A stretch of DNA of 64,000 bases from Christensenellaceae bacterium (GCA_045586765.1 JAZNAX010000029.1:6012-70011); one strand, 5' to 3'; counted from the first letter of the stretch, positions 1 to 7,871 are shown. Translations and numbers: made by a program. The notes: generated by a model not told the origin, from the sequence alone.

Positions 1-222
1 CAAATTGCAACACAATACGTTGATGCTAGTGGCAAACCAACTTATGACATTAAGTTCAATCCAAATAACTCTTACTATGCTATCGAAGGTATCACTTCAC
101 CAGATGGCAGAGTATTCGGTAAGATGGGTCACTCTGAAAGAACAGGCAACGGCTTATATAAAAACGTTTATGGCGAATATGACATCAAGATGTTTGATAG
201 CGCTGTAAAATATTTCAAATAA
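1..222 (+). CDS. purL: phosphoribosylformylglycinamidine (FGAM) synthase, C-terminal end (5' part outside window)
   Basis: Frame 1 is open from nt 1 to TAA 220-222. It reads ...NSYYAIEGITSPDGRVFGKMGHSERTGNGLYKNVYGEYDIKMFDSAVKYFK, which is the glutaminase-domain tail (GKMGHSER) of large single-chain PurL. ORF-track entry 5..208 is in a different frame. Confidence 0.6.
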   Translation, partial: QIATQYVDASGKPTYDIKFNPNNSYYAIEGITSPDGRVFGKMGHSERTGNGLYKNVYGEYDIKMFDSAVKYFK

Positions 223-252
223 TAAAATCATTAACAATGTAGGAGAAATAAA

Positions 253-1926
253 ATGCAATACAAAAGTGATATTGAAATTGCGCAAAGCATAACCCCAAAA
301 CACATTTTAGAAGTTGCAAAAACAGCTGGCATTGATAATAACTACTTAGAACAATACGGCAACTATAAGGCAAAGATAGACCTTTCTATCTTAAATGAAA
401 CAAAAAGAGAAAATGGCAAACTTATTTTAGTTACTGCCATCACTCCAACCCCAGCCGGCGAAGGCAAAACAACAACTACTGTTGGTCTTGCTGACGGACT
501 TAAAAAAATAGGCAAAAACGTTATGGTTGCTTTAAGAGAACCATCTTTAGGTCCTGTTTTTGGTGTTAAGGGTGGTGCTGCTGGTGGTGGCTATGCTCAA
601 GTTGTGCCAATGGAAGATATTAACCTTCACTTTACAGGTGACTTCCATGCAATCGGTGCAGCAAACAACTTGCTCGCAGCAATGATTGATAACCATATTT
701 ATCAAGGCAATGAGCTCGGCATCGACCCAAGAAGAATTACTTGGCATAGATGCGTTGATATGAACGATAGACAACTTCGTTTTGTCGTTGATGGTTTAGG
801 TGGCAGAGTAAACGGCACTCCAAGAGAAGATAGTTATGATATAACTGTTGCTTCTGAAATCATGGCTGTATTATGTTTGTCTTCTTCTATCACGGACCTT
901 AAAAATAGAATTAAAAACATTATTATCGGTTACACTTATGACAACAAACCTGTAACGGCAGGTCAACTTAACGCTCAAGGCGCTATGACTGCACTATTAA
1001 AAGATGCGCTTAAGCCAAACCTTGTTCAAACTTTAGAAGCAACACCTGCAATCGTTCATGGTGGACCTTTTGCAGACATTGCACACGGTTGTAACTCAAT
1101 TATGGCAACAAAAATTGCCTTAAAACTTGGCGATTATGTTGTAACAGAAGCAGGCTTTGGTGCTGACCTTGGTGCTGAAAAGTTCCTTGACATTAAGTGT
1201 AGGGTTGCAGGTTTAAAACCTGATGCAGTTGTAATCGTTGCAACAATTAAGGCGTTAAAAATGCACGGTGGCTTGCCAAAGACAGAACTTGGCACTGAAA
1301 ACCTTGATGCACTTGAAAAAGGTATTCCAAACCTTCTTCGCCACGTTCATAACATTAAAGATGTTTATAAACTTCCATCAGTTGTTGCAGTTAACCGTTT
1401 CCCAACAGATACCGATGCTGAAATTGATTTAGTTATCAAAAAATGTAAAGAACTCGGCGTAAACGTTGTGCTTTCAACCGTTTGGGCAGAAGGTGGCAAG
1501 GGTGGCGAAGCCTTAGCACACGAAGTTGTTAGACTTTGCGAACTTGAAAATGACTTTACATTTAGTTATGAAGACAGCGATAGCATTGCAACAAAAATCG
1601 AAAAGGTTGCAACTAAGGTTTATGGTGGCGATGGCGTTATCTTTAGCGAAGAAGCATTAAAACAAATTAAAACGTTAGAAGAATTAGGCTTTGATAAAGT
1701 GCCTGTTTGTATTGCAAAAACACAATACTCTTTCTCTGACGATATGACAAAACTCGGCGCACCAACAGGATTTAAGATTACTGTTAGGTCACTTAAAATT
1801 TCAGCAGGCGCAGGCTTTATCGTTGTTTTAACAGGCAACATTATGACAATGCCAGGCTTACCTAAAGTTCCAGCAGCAGAAAAGATTGACGTTGATGAAA
1901 ACGGCAAAATTTCTGGTCTTTTCTAA
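253..1926 (+). CDS. fhs: formate-tetrahydrofolate ligase
   Basis: 557 aa. Carries the hallmark [16 protein letters not shown]-loop and is collinear with FTHFS over the full length. RBS GGAGAA lies upstream. Confidence 0.95.
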   Translation: MQYKSDIEIAQSITPKHILEVAKTAGIDNNYLEQYGNYKAKIDLSILNETKRENGKLILVTAITPTPAGEGKTTTTVGLADGLKKIGKNVMVALREPSLGPVFGVKGGAAGGGYAQVVPMEDINLHFTGDFHAIGAANNLLAAMIDNHIYQGNELGIDPRRITWHRCVDMNDRQLRFVVDGLGGRVNGTPREDSYDITVASEIMAVLCLSSSITDLKNRIKNIIIGYTYDNKPVTAGQLNAQGAMTALLKDALKPNLVQTLEATPAIVHGGPFADIAHGCNSIMATKIALKLGDYVVTEAGFGADLGAEKFLDIKCRVAGLKPDAVVIVATIKALKMHGGLPKTELGTENLDALEKGIPNLLRHVHNIKDVYKLPSVVAVNRFPTDTDAEIDLVIKKCKELGVNVVLSTVWAEGGKGGEALAHEVVRLCELENDFTFSYEDSDSIATKIEKVATKVYGGDGVIFSEEALKQIKTLEELGFDKVPVCIAKTQYSFSDDMTKLGAPTGFKITVRSLKISAGAGFIVVLTGNIMTMPGLPKVPAAEKIDVDENGKISGLF

Positions 1927-1948
1927 AATTTATTGTTAAATATGAATA

Positions 1949-1996
1949 AAAGCATTTATAAATTTGCCTTTTGGTTGACTTATAAATGCTTTTTTA
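1949..1996 (+). terminator. rho-independent terminator after fhs
   Basis: AAAGCATTTATAA (1949-1961) pairs with TTATAAATGCTTT (1980-1992) and is followed by a T run. Confidence 0.7.
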
Positions 1997-2007
1997 TGTG
2001 ATAATTT

Positions 2008-2700
2008 ATGAAACTAAAAAAATTAAAATACTTTACAAAAACTGAACTTGCCATTTGGATAGGTTCAATAATTTTAATCGTGTCTGCATTTTGCATTTTT
2101 GATGGCAAAAAATATCTAAACATGATTGCTTCGTTAGTGGGAACAACGGCTCTTATCTTTTGTGCAAAAGGAAATCCATTAGGGCAAGCGCTTATGATAG
2201 TCTTTGCTTCGCTTTATGCCTATATATCTTTATCGTTTAAGTATTATGGCGAAATGATGACGTATCTTGGCATGAGTTTGCCTATGTCTGTCGTGGCACT
2301 TATATCGTGGCTAAAAAATCCATCTAAAGAAAGCAAGGCAGAAGTTAAGGTTAACACGCTTTCAAAAAAAGAAATGCTTTTTGGCTTTATTGTTGCGCTT
2401 GTTGTGACAGGTATATTTTATTTTATAATGAGAGAATTAGGAACATCAAACTTAGTTATAAGCACTGTTTCTATCACAACAAGTTTTTTTGCAGCCTATT
2501 TAACTTTTAGAAGATGCGAATACTTTGCTTTAGCATATGCGCTTAACGATATCGTGCTTATTATTATGTGGATAATGGCAACTATAAAAAACATAAGTTA
2601 TATATCGGTTATAATTTGCTTTTTAGTTTTTTTAGTAAACGATACTTATAGCTATTTAAATTGGAAAAAAATGAAAGCACGCCAACGAGACGCCGAATAA
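2008..2700 (+). CDS. pnuC: PnuC-like nicotinamide riboside / NMN-family transporter
   Basis: 230 aa polytopic membrane protein. Size, about 7 TM layout and the C-terminal LVNDTYSYLNW motif resemble the PnuC family. Recognised by eye only. Confidence 0.5.
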   Translation: MKLKKLKYFTKTELAIWIGSIILIVSAFCIFDGKKYLNMIASLVGTTALIFCAKGNPLGQALMIVFASLYAYISLSFKYYGEMMTYLGMSLPMSVVALISWLKNPSKESKAEVKVNTLSKKEMLFGFIVALVVTGIFYFIMRELGTSNLVISTVSITTSFFAAYLTFRRCEYFALAYALNDIVLIIMWIMATIKNISYISVIICFLVFLVNDTYSYLNWKKMKARQRDAE

Positions 2701-2718
2701 AATTTATAAAATATGCAA

Positions 2719-2756
2719 CAAAAAACAACCTTTGAGTAGTTCAAAGGTTGTTTTTA
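2719..2756. terminator. bidirectional terminator shared by pnuC-like and XRE genes
   Basis: CAACCTTTGA (2726-2735) pairs with TCAAAGGTTG (2741-2750). An A run lies on the left and a T run on the right. Confidence 0.7.
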
Positions 2757-2966
2757 GTTTTCAAAGCCAAAAAATAAGTTTGGCGAAACATTAAAATTAA
2801 CACAAATAGAATAAATGCAGTCATAAGTAGGCTTTTTTCTTCCCAAAAGCCATTGGCTGACAGTCGTTTGATTTACACCTATAATAGATGCAAATTTTAA
2901 TTGACTTAAATCATAATCGTGCATTATTTGTTTAATTATTTCGATATAAGGCATTTCTTCTTTCAT
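2754..2966 (-). CDS. XRE-family helix-turn-helix transcriptional regulator (70 aa)
   Basis: LSQLKFASIIGVNQTTVSQWLLGRKKPTYD is a canonical Cro/C1-type HTH. The gene is transcribed away from the palindrome array. Confidence 0.75.
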   Translation of the reverse strand: MKEEMPYIEIIKQIMHDYDLSQLKFASIIGVNQTTVSQWLLGRKKPTYDCIYSICVNFNVSPNLFFGFEN

Positions 2967-3034
2967 AATAAATTCTCAAGGAAACTATATATTAAGCACC
3001 TTTTAACAAGGAACATAAAAATTATACCAGTCAA

Positions 3035-3381
3035 TAGGTCAAAAGTCTTGAAATAGGTCAAAAGACCTAAAACCAATATAAAATAAAACTACTAGTCGTG
3101 TAAATCAAAAAAATGGACTTATATAATGTAGGTGTAGGTCAAAAGACCTATATGCAAGTAGAATGAAGATAAATGCTGTTTTTTAATATGAGTACAGGTT
3201 AAATGACCTATAGAAAAGTTTGATGAAGAAAATGTGGCTTTGCAGAACATGGTTTTAAGGCAAAATGCCTTATATAATGTAGCAATAGGTTAAAAGACCT
3301 AGTCTTAATTTATCCTAAGTATACAAAGTCGATATTATAGTAAATATAGGTCAAAAGACATTATTTAGGTCATTTGACCTA
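3035..3381. repeat. array of eight 14-16 bp inverted-repeat sites, consensus TAGGTCA-NN-(T/A)GACCTA
   Basis: Copies: 3035-3049 (degenerate), 3054-3069 (TAGGTCAAAAGACCTA), 3135-3150 (TAGGTCAAAAGACCTA), 3195-3210 (CAGGTTAAATGACCTA), 3257-3272 (variant TAAGGCAAAATGCCTTA), 3286-3301 (TAGGTTAAAAGACCTA), 3347-3362 (right half degenerate) and 3366-3381 (TAGGTCATTTGACCTA). Two longer 33-nt repeats, 3118-3150 and 3269-3301, match at 29 of 33 positions. Confidence 0.85.
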
Positions 3382-3530
3382 TAGGTGAAAATAAAACAAT
3401 TTAGGTAAACTTATATTATAAAAGGGAGAGAAAGATAAGAATAAATATTTAGCAAGGAAAGAGAAGGGGCATAAACAAAGTCTTTAACAAAAAACAAGAA
3501 GAAAGGACATCCCTATTTGGCCACTAGACT

Positions 3531-3567
3531 ATCAATTGAAGCACATGGGTCAATTGATTGTCTTTTT
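3531..3567 (+). terminator. terminator-like hairpin downstream of the palindrome array
   Basis: ATCAATTG (3531-3538) pairs with CAATTGAT (3551-3558) across a 12-nt loop, followed by TGTCTTTTT. Confidence 0.45.
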
Positions 3568-3570
3568 CTA

Positions 3571-3599
3571 TTGTTTTAAATCAAAAAAAGTGATATAAT
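3571..3599 (+). promoter_or_regulatory. sigma-A type promoter (TTGTTT-17-TGaTATAAT)
   Basis: -35 TTGTTT at 3571-3576, 17-nt spacer, and an extended -10 TGATATAAT (TG 3591-3592, TATAAT 3594-3599). Confidence 0.55.
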
Positions 3600-3600
3600 T

Positions 3601-3617
3601 ATGACAAAAGATGTCAT
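3601..3617. promoter_or_regulatory. operator-like palindrome ATGACA-aaaga-TGTCAT at the predicted transcription start
   Basis: Perfect 6-bp arms immediately downstream of the -10 box. The layout (arms separated by an A-rich spacer) matches that of the array sites. Confidence 0.4.
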
Positions 3618-3654
3618 TATGCTTGTTTATAATAAAAGATAAAAGGAAAAGATT

Positions 3655-3942
3655 ATGGCTATTGGAATAGGAAAGAATTTCGCATATTCAGGTAAAGGTG
3701 GCAATATGCGCGCATATTGCTGACGTAAGGATATATATTTGGGAAAAGAAGAAATTGATTTGACAGGACCGGACGGAGATGGTGTGGTGTCGATTGGCCC
3801 AGATTGTTTTAATGGTTTTACCAATTTAAAGCATGTAAAATTGCCAAACACTATCGTAAGAATTTGCTCAATGGCTTTTTATTCATGTAAAAAATTAGAA
3901 GAAATAAATTTAAATGATGATATAACTAAAATAGGTGAGTAG
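3655..3942 (+). pseudogene. remnant of a BspA-type leucine-rich-repeat (LRR_5) protein gene, with an in-frame TGA and a 3' truncation
   Basis: ATG 3655 (RBS AAAAGGAAAAG) opens a frame that hits TGA at 3721-3723. The same frame then continues as ...GPDCFNGFTNLKHVKLPNTIVRICSMAFYSCKKLEEINL..., matching the LRR units of the intact genes at 22795 and 47701. Only about 2 repeats remain. Confidence 0.55.
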
Positions 3943-4051
3943 AAATGTGCGAAAGGACGCGAATGGCTACAATAGGTCAATCTTAATAATTATTTGAAAT
4001 AAGTAATGTACTGTATTAAAAATTGTGGTTGAAATTTTTACAAGGGGAATT

Positions 4052-7000
4052 ATGAAAACCTTAAACGAAGAAAGAAAAATTAAAGAATATTTAGCGGAAT
4101 ATAATTTACCATTAATAGTTAAAAAGACTAGCTGGTGGGGGGATTTTTGTTTTTCTATAGAAAAAGTTTCTAATAACGTTGCGTATGGTAAAAGATTAAA
4201 AAGTGGTGTTTTTTATGATGATTTTACTTGTAGCATAAATGAATTATATTTGTTGTATGGCAAAAACGAGAAGATTGTTGAAGAAAATTCATCTTCATTA
4301 CCGTTTGTTACAAAAGTGGAGCCAAATCCAAATAATTTAGAATTAGATAAGTCTAAGTATATTAGTGGTCGTACAACGCTTTTTGTAAAAGATGGTTCTA
4401 AAAATAAAAAAGTTGTTTTTTTACGGTTTGCAATTAAAAATGGTAAAGATGTTATATATGTAAAGAAAGGTGAAAAAACACTTTTTTATGCTTTTCCAAA
4501 TACAATATATCTTTTTCCTAACAAAGATGATGTTGAAGATGCAATATCAAAGGAAAATAGACAAAATACTAATAATAAACTGATTTTATCCATTTTATCG
4601 ACTTTTAATAAATTACCAAAAGCAACAAAAGCAAGTAAGTCCCAAGATGTTGAGAATAAAAAAGAAAGAACTTACCATAAAAAAGTTGACAATGAACTAA
4701 AAATCAAATTACAAGAACCTAAAAATAGATTGGCGATAGCAGAACATGATGCAAAATATGCAGAACAAGATTATGTAGAAGCAATAAGAAATGCGAGAGA
4801 AAATGGTGACGTCTTAGATTCGTTTTCTCAATCAAGTCATTATATAACTCTTCAAACCATACAACCAAGAATACAAAGCGCACAAGCTGAAATTAATAAA
4901 ATTAATGAAATTATATCAAAACCATATTTTGCAAGAATAGACTGTGGTTCAAATATAAATGACTTACATACAGCATATATTGGAGATAAGGATATACCAG
5001 GGTTTGTTGTAGATTGGCGTAATTCTGATGTGGGAAATGCATATTATCAATCCGCTTTTTTGATGAATAAAGACGGTATTTTATTGGTTTTAAAAAGATT
5101 GATAGAAATTCAACATGGCGTTTATAAAAAGTACAAGGATGAAATAAACTTGTATGGTTCTAATGAAATTATAAAAAATGATATGAAAAAAGCGACAGAT
5201 GATTTCTTAAATGAATTATTACAACAAAGCCGTCTTGATAAAAAGACCCATGATATAATTAAGACTATACAGTCAGAACAATATGAAATAATAACTTCAA
5301 ACTTTGAACAAAATGCGGTTGTTAATGGTTGTGCGGGTTCTGGTAAAACAATGATAATGTATCATAGATTATCGTATATTGCATACAACTATGAGAGTAA
5401 AACAGGGGAAAGCTTAAACCCAGAAAATATTTATGTAATTACACCTTCGGCGTATTTTAACATAAATAATATGGACTTGTTGGAAAAATTATCATTAAAT
5501 AAAATTAACCATATGCAATTTTCAGGGTTTATTGATGAGTTTATAAGATTATACTCAGTAAAATACAAAATTGCACCGCTGAATTATTTAATTGAAATTT
5601 CTAATTTTAATGACAATAATGAATGTTGTGATTTTTATAGTGAATCAACATATAATAAATTTGTTTGCCAATTAGAAGAGATAGATAAAAATGAAAAAAT
5701 TAAGAATAGTTATATTGAGTGGGTATTGAATCTAGTTAATAAGATATTGCTAGATGTGGGTTTTGAGCGACTAAATATAATAAATGACGAACTTGTTAAT
5801 ATGGTTGATATTTTATATAGCGATAAATATTATAGAAACCGTTGCTTTATAAAAAACGATTCTCTATTGGTTGATTTAGAAAATAAGTATTATCAAAAAT
5901 CTGCCATATGTGATTTTTCATATCAAAACATTATTGCGTCATTAAACGAAATGGATAAGACAAAAACTACATATAAAAAAAGGAAAAAGAGATTAGATAA
6001 AAGCGTGTCTATATTCAAGAGCTGTCTTTCACTTAAGACTTTAATGAATGATTATGGTGGGGTAGAGACGAATATAAAAAAGTTTTGGAATATTTTCGAA
6101 AAACCTGAAATTTTCAAGAAAATGCTTGCGCTAATTAACGTTGAAAACATCTTAAATTCTATAAAAAACAAAAGCTCTTCAAAAAAAGATTATTTGTTAA
6201 GAGGTGTTTTTGTCGCCTCTAACATGTTTAGCAGTTCGAATTTAAGAAACTTACCGTTATATTTTTTAAATGCTTTAACGAGAAAATATGGCTCATTAAT
6301 AGATAAAGAATCCTTTGTTTTTATAGATGAATTTCAAAATTTTTCTTCGTTTGAAATTAAAGTTTTAAAAAATGTTTTTTCAAATCCGGTTTTTAATTTA
6401 TATGGCGATTATGACCAGAGACTAGGAAGGAAAGGGGAAGATATAAAAGAAAATTTACATGCTTTGTTGTCTCCTAATATGTACAATCTTAATATAAATT
6501 ATCGTAATGCAAAACAAATTACAGAATATATTAACAAAATAGTTAATAAAAATATGCATCCTATTGGTGTTGATGGTGAAGTTAATGTTTGCAAACTCAA
6601 CGACTGTTCATTTGATATTGTTGATAGAACTGCTATAATTGTAAAGGAAGTTGAATTAAGTAAGGCAGTTTTATTATCTTGCTTTAAAAAAGATGAATTA
6701 AATTTTATTTATGAGTCGAATGAATTTGATTATAAAAAATACAACGTGCTAAGTGTCGACGATAGTAAAGGGCTTGAGTTTGACAATGTTTATGTGTTTA
6801 CCGCAAATATGAATGATAATGAAAAATACGTAGCGCTTACACGTGCTTTAGAGAAGTTAACGGTAATAGACGATGAGGTGTTTGAAGAAGTAGTAAACCT
6901 TAAAAAAAATGATAGTGTTAAAACAAAAGAACTGCCAGAAAAAGAGATTATTAATAAAGGCGAAGCTGTTGAAGTAATAAAAGAAAAAAAATATTTGGAT

Positions 7001-7264
7001 GATAACAATGCAGTGATAGGCGAACAATTCAAAACAAATAGTGTTGAATGTGTATATTTAATTAGTCAAGGTAATAAAGAAAAGAATAAAATAAAGGAAG
7101 GCAAACAAGAGATGGAAGAATTATTAAAAGAGCGAGAACATCTTATGTGTGAATTAAAATTAAATAAAGGAATATTTAAAACTAAAAAAAGAAGCGAAAT
7201 AGAAAAAGAAATAATTGACCTGGATGGTAAAATAATTAACAAGATGTATGAATTATTGTCATGA
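4052..7264 (+). CDS. HelD-like UvrD/Rep superfamily-1 helicase/ATPase with extra N- and C-terminal regions (1070 aa)
   Basis: Walker A GCAGSGKTM (about nt 5330-5350), motif II FVFIDEFQNF (about 6320-6340), NYRNAKQI, SKGLEFDNVYVF and YVALTRALEKL. The HelD-type N-terminal signature is KPYFARIDCG...YIGDKDIPGFVVDWRNSDVGNAYYQ (about 4921-5050). About 330 aa are inserted between Walker A and motif II. Start moved from GTG 4025 to ATG 4052, which sits behind RBS AAGGGGA. Confidence 0.8.
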   Translation: MKTLNEERKIKEYLAEYNLPLIVKKTSWWGDFCFSIEKVSNNVAYGKRLKSGVFYDDFTCSINELYLLYGKNEKIVEENSSSLPFVTKVEPNPNNLELDKSKYISGRTTLFVKDGSKNKKVVFLRFAIKNGKDVIYVKKGEKTLFYAFPNTIYLFPNKDDVEDAISKENRQNTNNKLILSILSTFNKLPKATKASKSQDVENKKERTYHKKVDNELKIKLQEPKNRLAIAEHDAKYAEQDYVEAIRNARENGDVLDSFSQSSHYITLQTIQPRIQSAQAEINKINEIISKPYFARIDCGSNINDLHTAYIGDKDIPGFVVDWRNSDVGNAYYQSAFLMNKDGILLVLKRLIEIQHGVYKKYKDEINLYGSNEIIKNDMKKATDDFLNELLQQSRLDKKTHDIIKTIQSEQYEIITSNFEQNAVVNGCAGSGKTMIMYHRLSYIAYNYESKTGESLNPENIYVITPSAYFNINNMDLLEKLSLNKINHMQFSGFIDEFIRLYSVKYKIAPLNYLIEISNFNDNNECCDFYSESTYNKFVCQLEEIDKNEKIKNSYIEWVLNLVNKILLDVGFERLNIINDELVNMVDILYSDKYYRNRCFIKNDSLLVDLENKYYQKSAICDFSYQNIIASLNEMDKTKTTYKKRKKRLDKSVSIFKSCLSLKTLMNDYGGVETNIKKFWNIFEKPEIFKKMLALINVENILNSIKNKSSSKKDYLLRGVFVASNMFSSSNLRNLPLYFLNALTRKYGSLIDKESFVFIDEFQNFSSFEIKVLKNVFSNPVFNLYGDYDQRLGRKGEDIKENLHALLSPNMYNLNINYRNAKQITEYINKIVNKNMHPIGVDGEVNVCKLNDCSFDIVDRTAIIVKEVELSKAVLLSCFKKDELNFIYESNEFDYKKYNVLSVDDSKGLEFDNVYVFTANMNDNEKYVALTRALEKLTVIDDEVFEEVVNLKKNDSVKTKELPEKEIINKGEAVEVIKEKKYLDDNNAVIGEQFKTNSVECVYLISQGNKEKNKIKEGKQEMEELLKEREHLMCELKLNKGIFKTKKRSEIEKEIIDLDGKIINKMYELLS

Positions 7265-7375
7265 TGTTCTTCGCTTAATATTTATTGTGAAATAGAAAGC
7301 GAACCAAAAAATGGCGACACGGGTGGAATGCTAGTTGTCATGTTGTTCAGGGATATAATGATAATATTAATTTAT

Positions 7376-7409
7376 GCAAAAGCGTTAGAAAGTTTCTAAC
7401 GCTTTTTTG
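7376..7409 (+). terminator. rho-independent terminator after the helicase gene
   Basis: AGCGTTAGAA-agt-TTCTAACGCT followed by TTTTTT. Confidence 0.75.
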
Positions 7410-7501
7410 ATTTTTGGTTCTTCTAGTTAGGCACACTTTTAACAACTTATTACCTAATTCGAAAAGCAATAGTATGTTTGTTTTTTATGAATATTTTAAA
7501 C

Positions 7502-7538
7502 AAAAAAATACCTTCCTAGGGAAATGCTTAGGAAGGTA
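7502..7538 (-). terminator. rho-independent terminator of the small minus-strand unit
   Basis: On the minus strand, TACCTTCCTAAG...CTAGGAAGGTA is followed by a T7 run (complement of 7502-7508). Confidence 0.7.
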
Positions 7539-7654
7539 TATCTATGTTATTTAGTTTTTTTCTGTGCCTTTAACTATAAAGATTTGATTTAAGCAACTGT
7601 GCGATTTAATCTTTTGCCTTCTTTAAGGGCAATTTAATTAAGAATTTTATCTTT

Positions 7655-7708
7655 TTATTTAGTCTGTTTAGGCACAGACTTTTGCTCTGCTTCTATTAAA
7701 CTGTTCAT
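7655..7708 (-). CDS. possible 17-aa ORF (MNSLIEAEQKSVPKQTK) inside the small transcript
   Basis: ATG lies 9 nt downstream of AAGGGGG. Hydrophilic, with no family assignable. May not be translated. Confidence 0.2.
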   Translation of the reverse strand: MNSLIEAEQKSVPKQTK

Positions 7709-7769
7709 TGGTCTGCACCCCCTTAAAAAGATTTTCTTCTTTTCACTCCTTATCTTTATTTTCACCTTG

Positions 7770-7798
7770 ATTGTATCACAAGCTTACTTAATTGTCAA
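7770..7798 (-). promoter_or_regulatory. consensus sigma-A promoter on the minus strand (TTGACA-17-TGaTACAAT)
   Basis: Complement of 7793-7798 is TTGACA and complement of 7770-7775 is TACAAT. The spacer is 17 nt with a TG extended -10. Confidence 0.7.
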
Positions 7799-7842
7799 TA
7801 TAGTTAGAAAAAATATAGTGATTTAAATTTTTAAAAACCTAC

Positions 7843-7871
7843 TTGACTGCAAGTGCTAATCATAGTATAAT
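7843..7871 (+). promoter_or_regulatory. sigma-A promoter TTGACT-17-TATAAT for the rimK-like gene
   Basis: TTGACT 7843-7848 and TATAAT 7866-7871. The ORF-track TTG start at 7843 is the -35 box itself. Confidence 0.65.

Larger units (their letters stand above)
7502..7763 (-). ncRNA. candidate small RNA or small-peptide transcript of about 260 nt, unclassified
   Basis: Bounded by a consensus promoter (7770-7798) and the terminator at 7502-7538. The local hairpin GUCUGUgccuaaACAGAC competes with a 9-bp long-range pairing, UCUGUGCCU with AGGCACAGA. No match to any RNA family I recognise. Confidence 0.4.

Noticed and set aside
5-208. ORF-track 67-aa ORF at the left edge
   Set aside because: It is in frame 2. 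Frame 1 (1..222) encodes a recognisable PurL C-terminus (GKMGHSER), so the 67-aa ORF is an overlapping shadow frame.
3035-3381. Possibility that the palindrome array is a CRISPR array or a set of terminators
   Set aside because: The repeats are only 14-16 bp, degenerate and irregularly spaced (about 19 to 81 bp), and no cas genes are present. The stems are 5-7 bp without T runs, so neither interpretation fits.
3721-3723. In-frame TGA in the LRR fragment as selenocysteine or programmed read-through
   Set aside because: No SECIS-like hairpin follows the TGA and no sel genes are in the window. The ORF is also truncated at its 3' end relative to the paralogs, so a nonsense mutation in a decaying gene is the simpler reading.
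3627-3851. 74-aa minus-strand ORF opposite the LRR fragment
   Set aside because: It is antisense to sequence with clear LRR-family coding signal on the plus strand, and has no start context or family resemblance.
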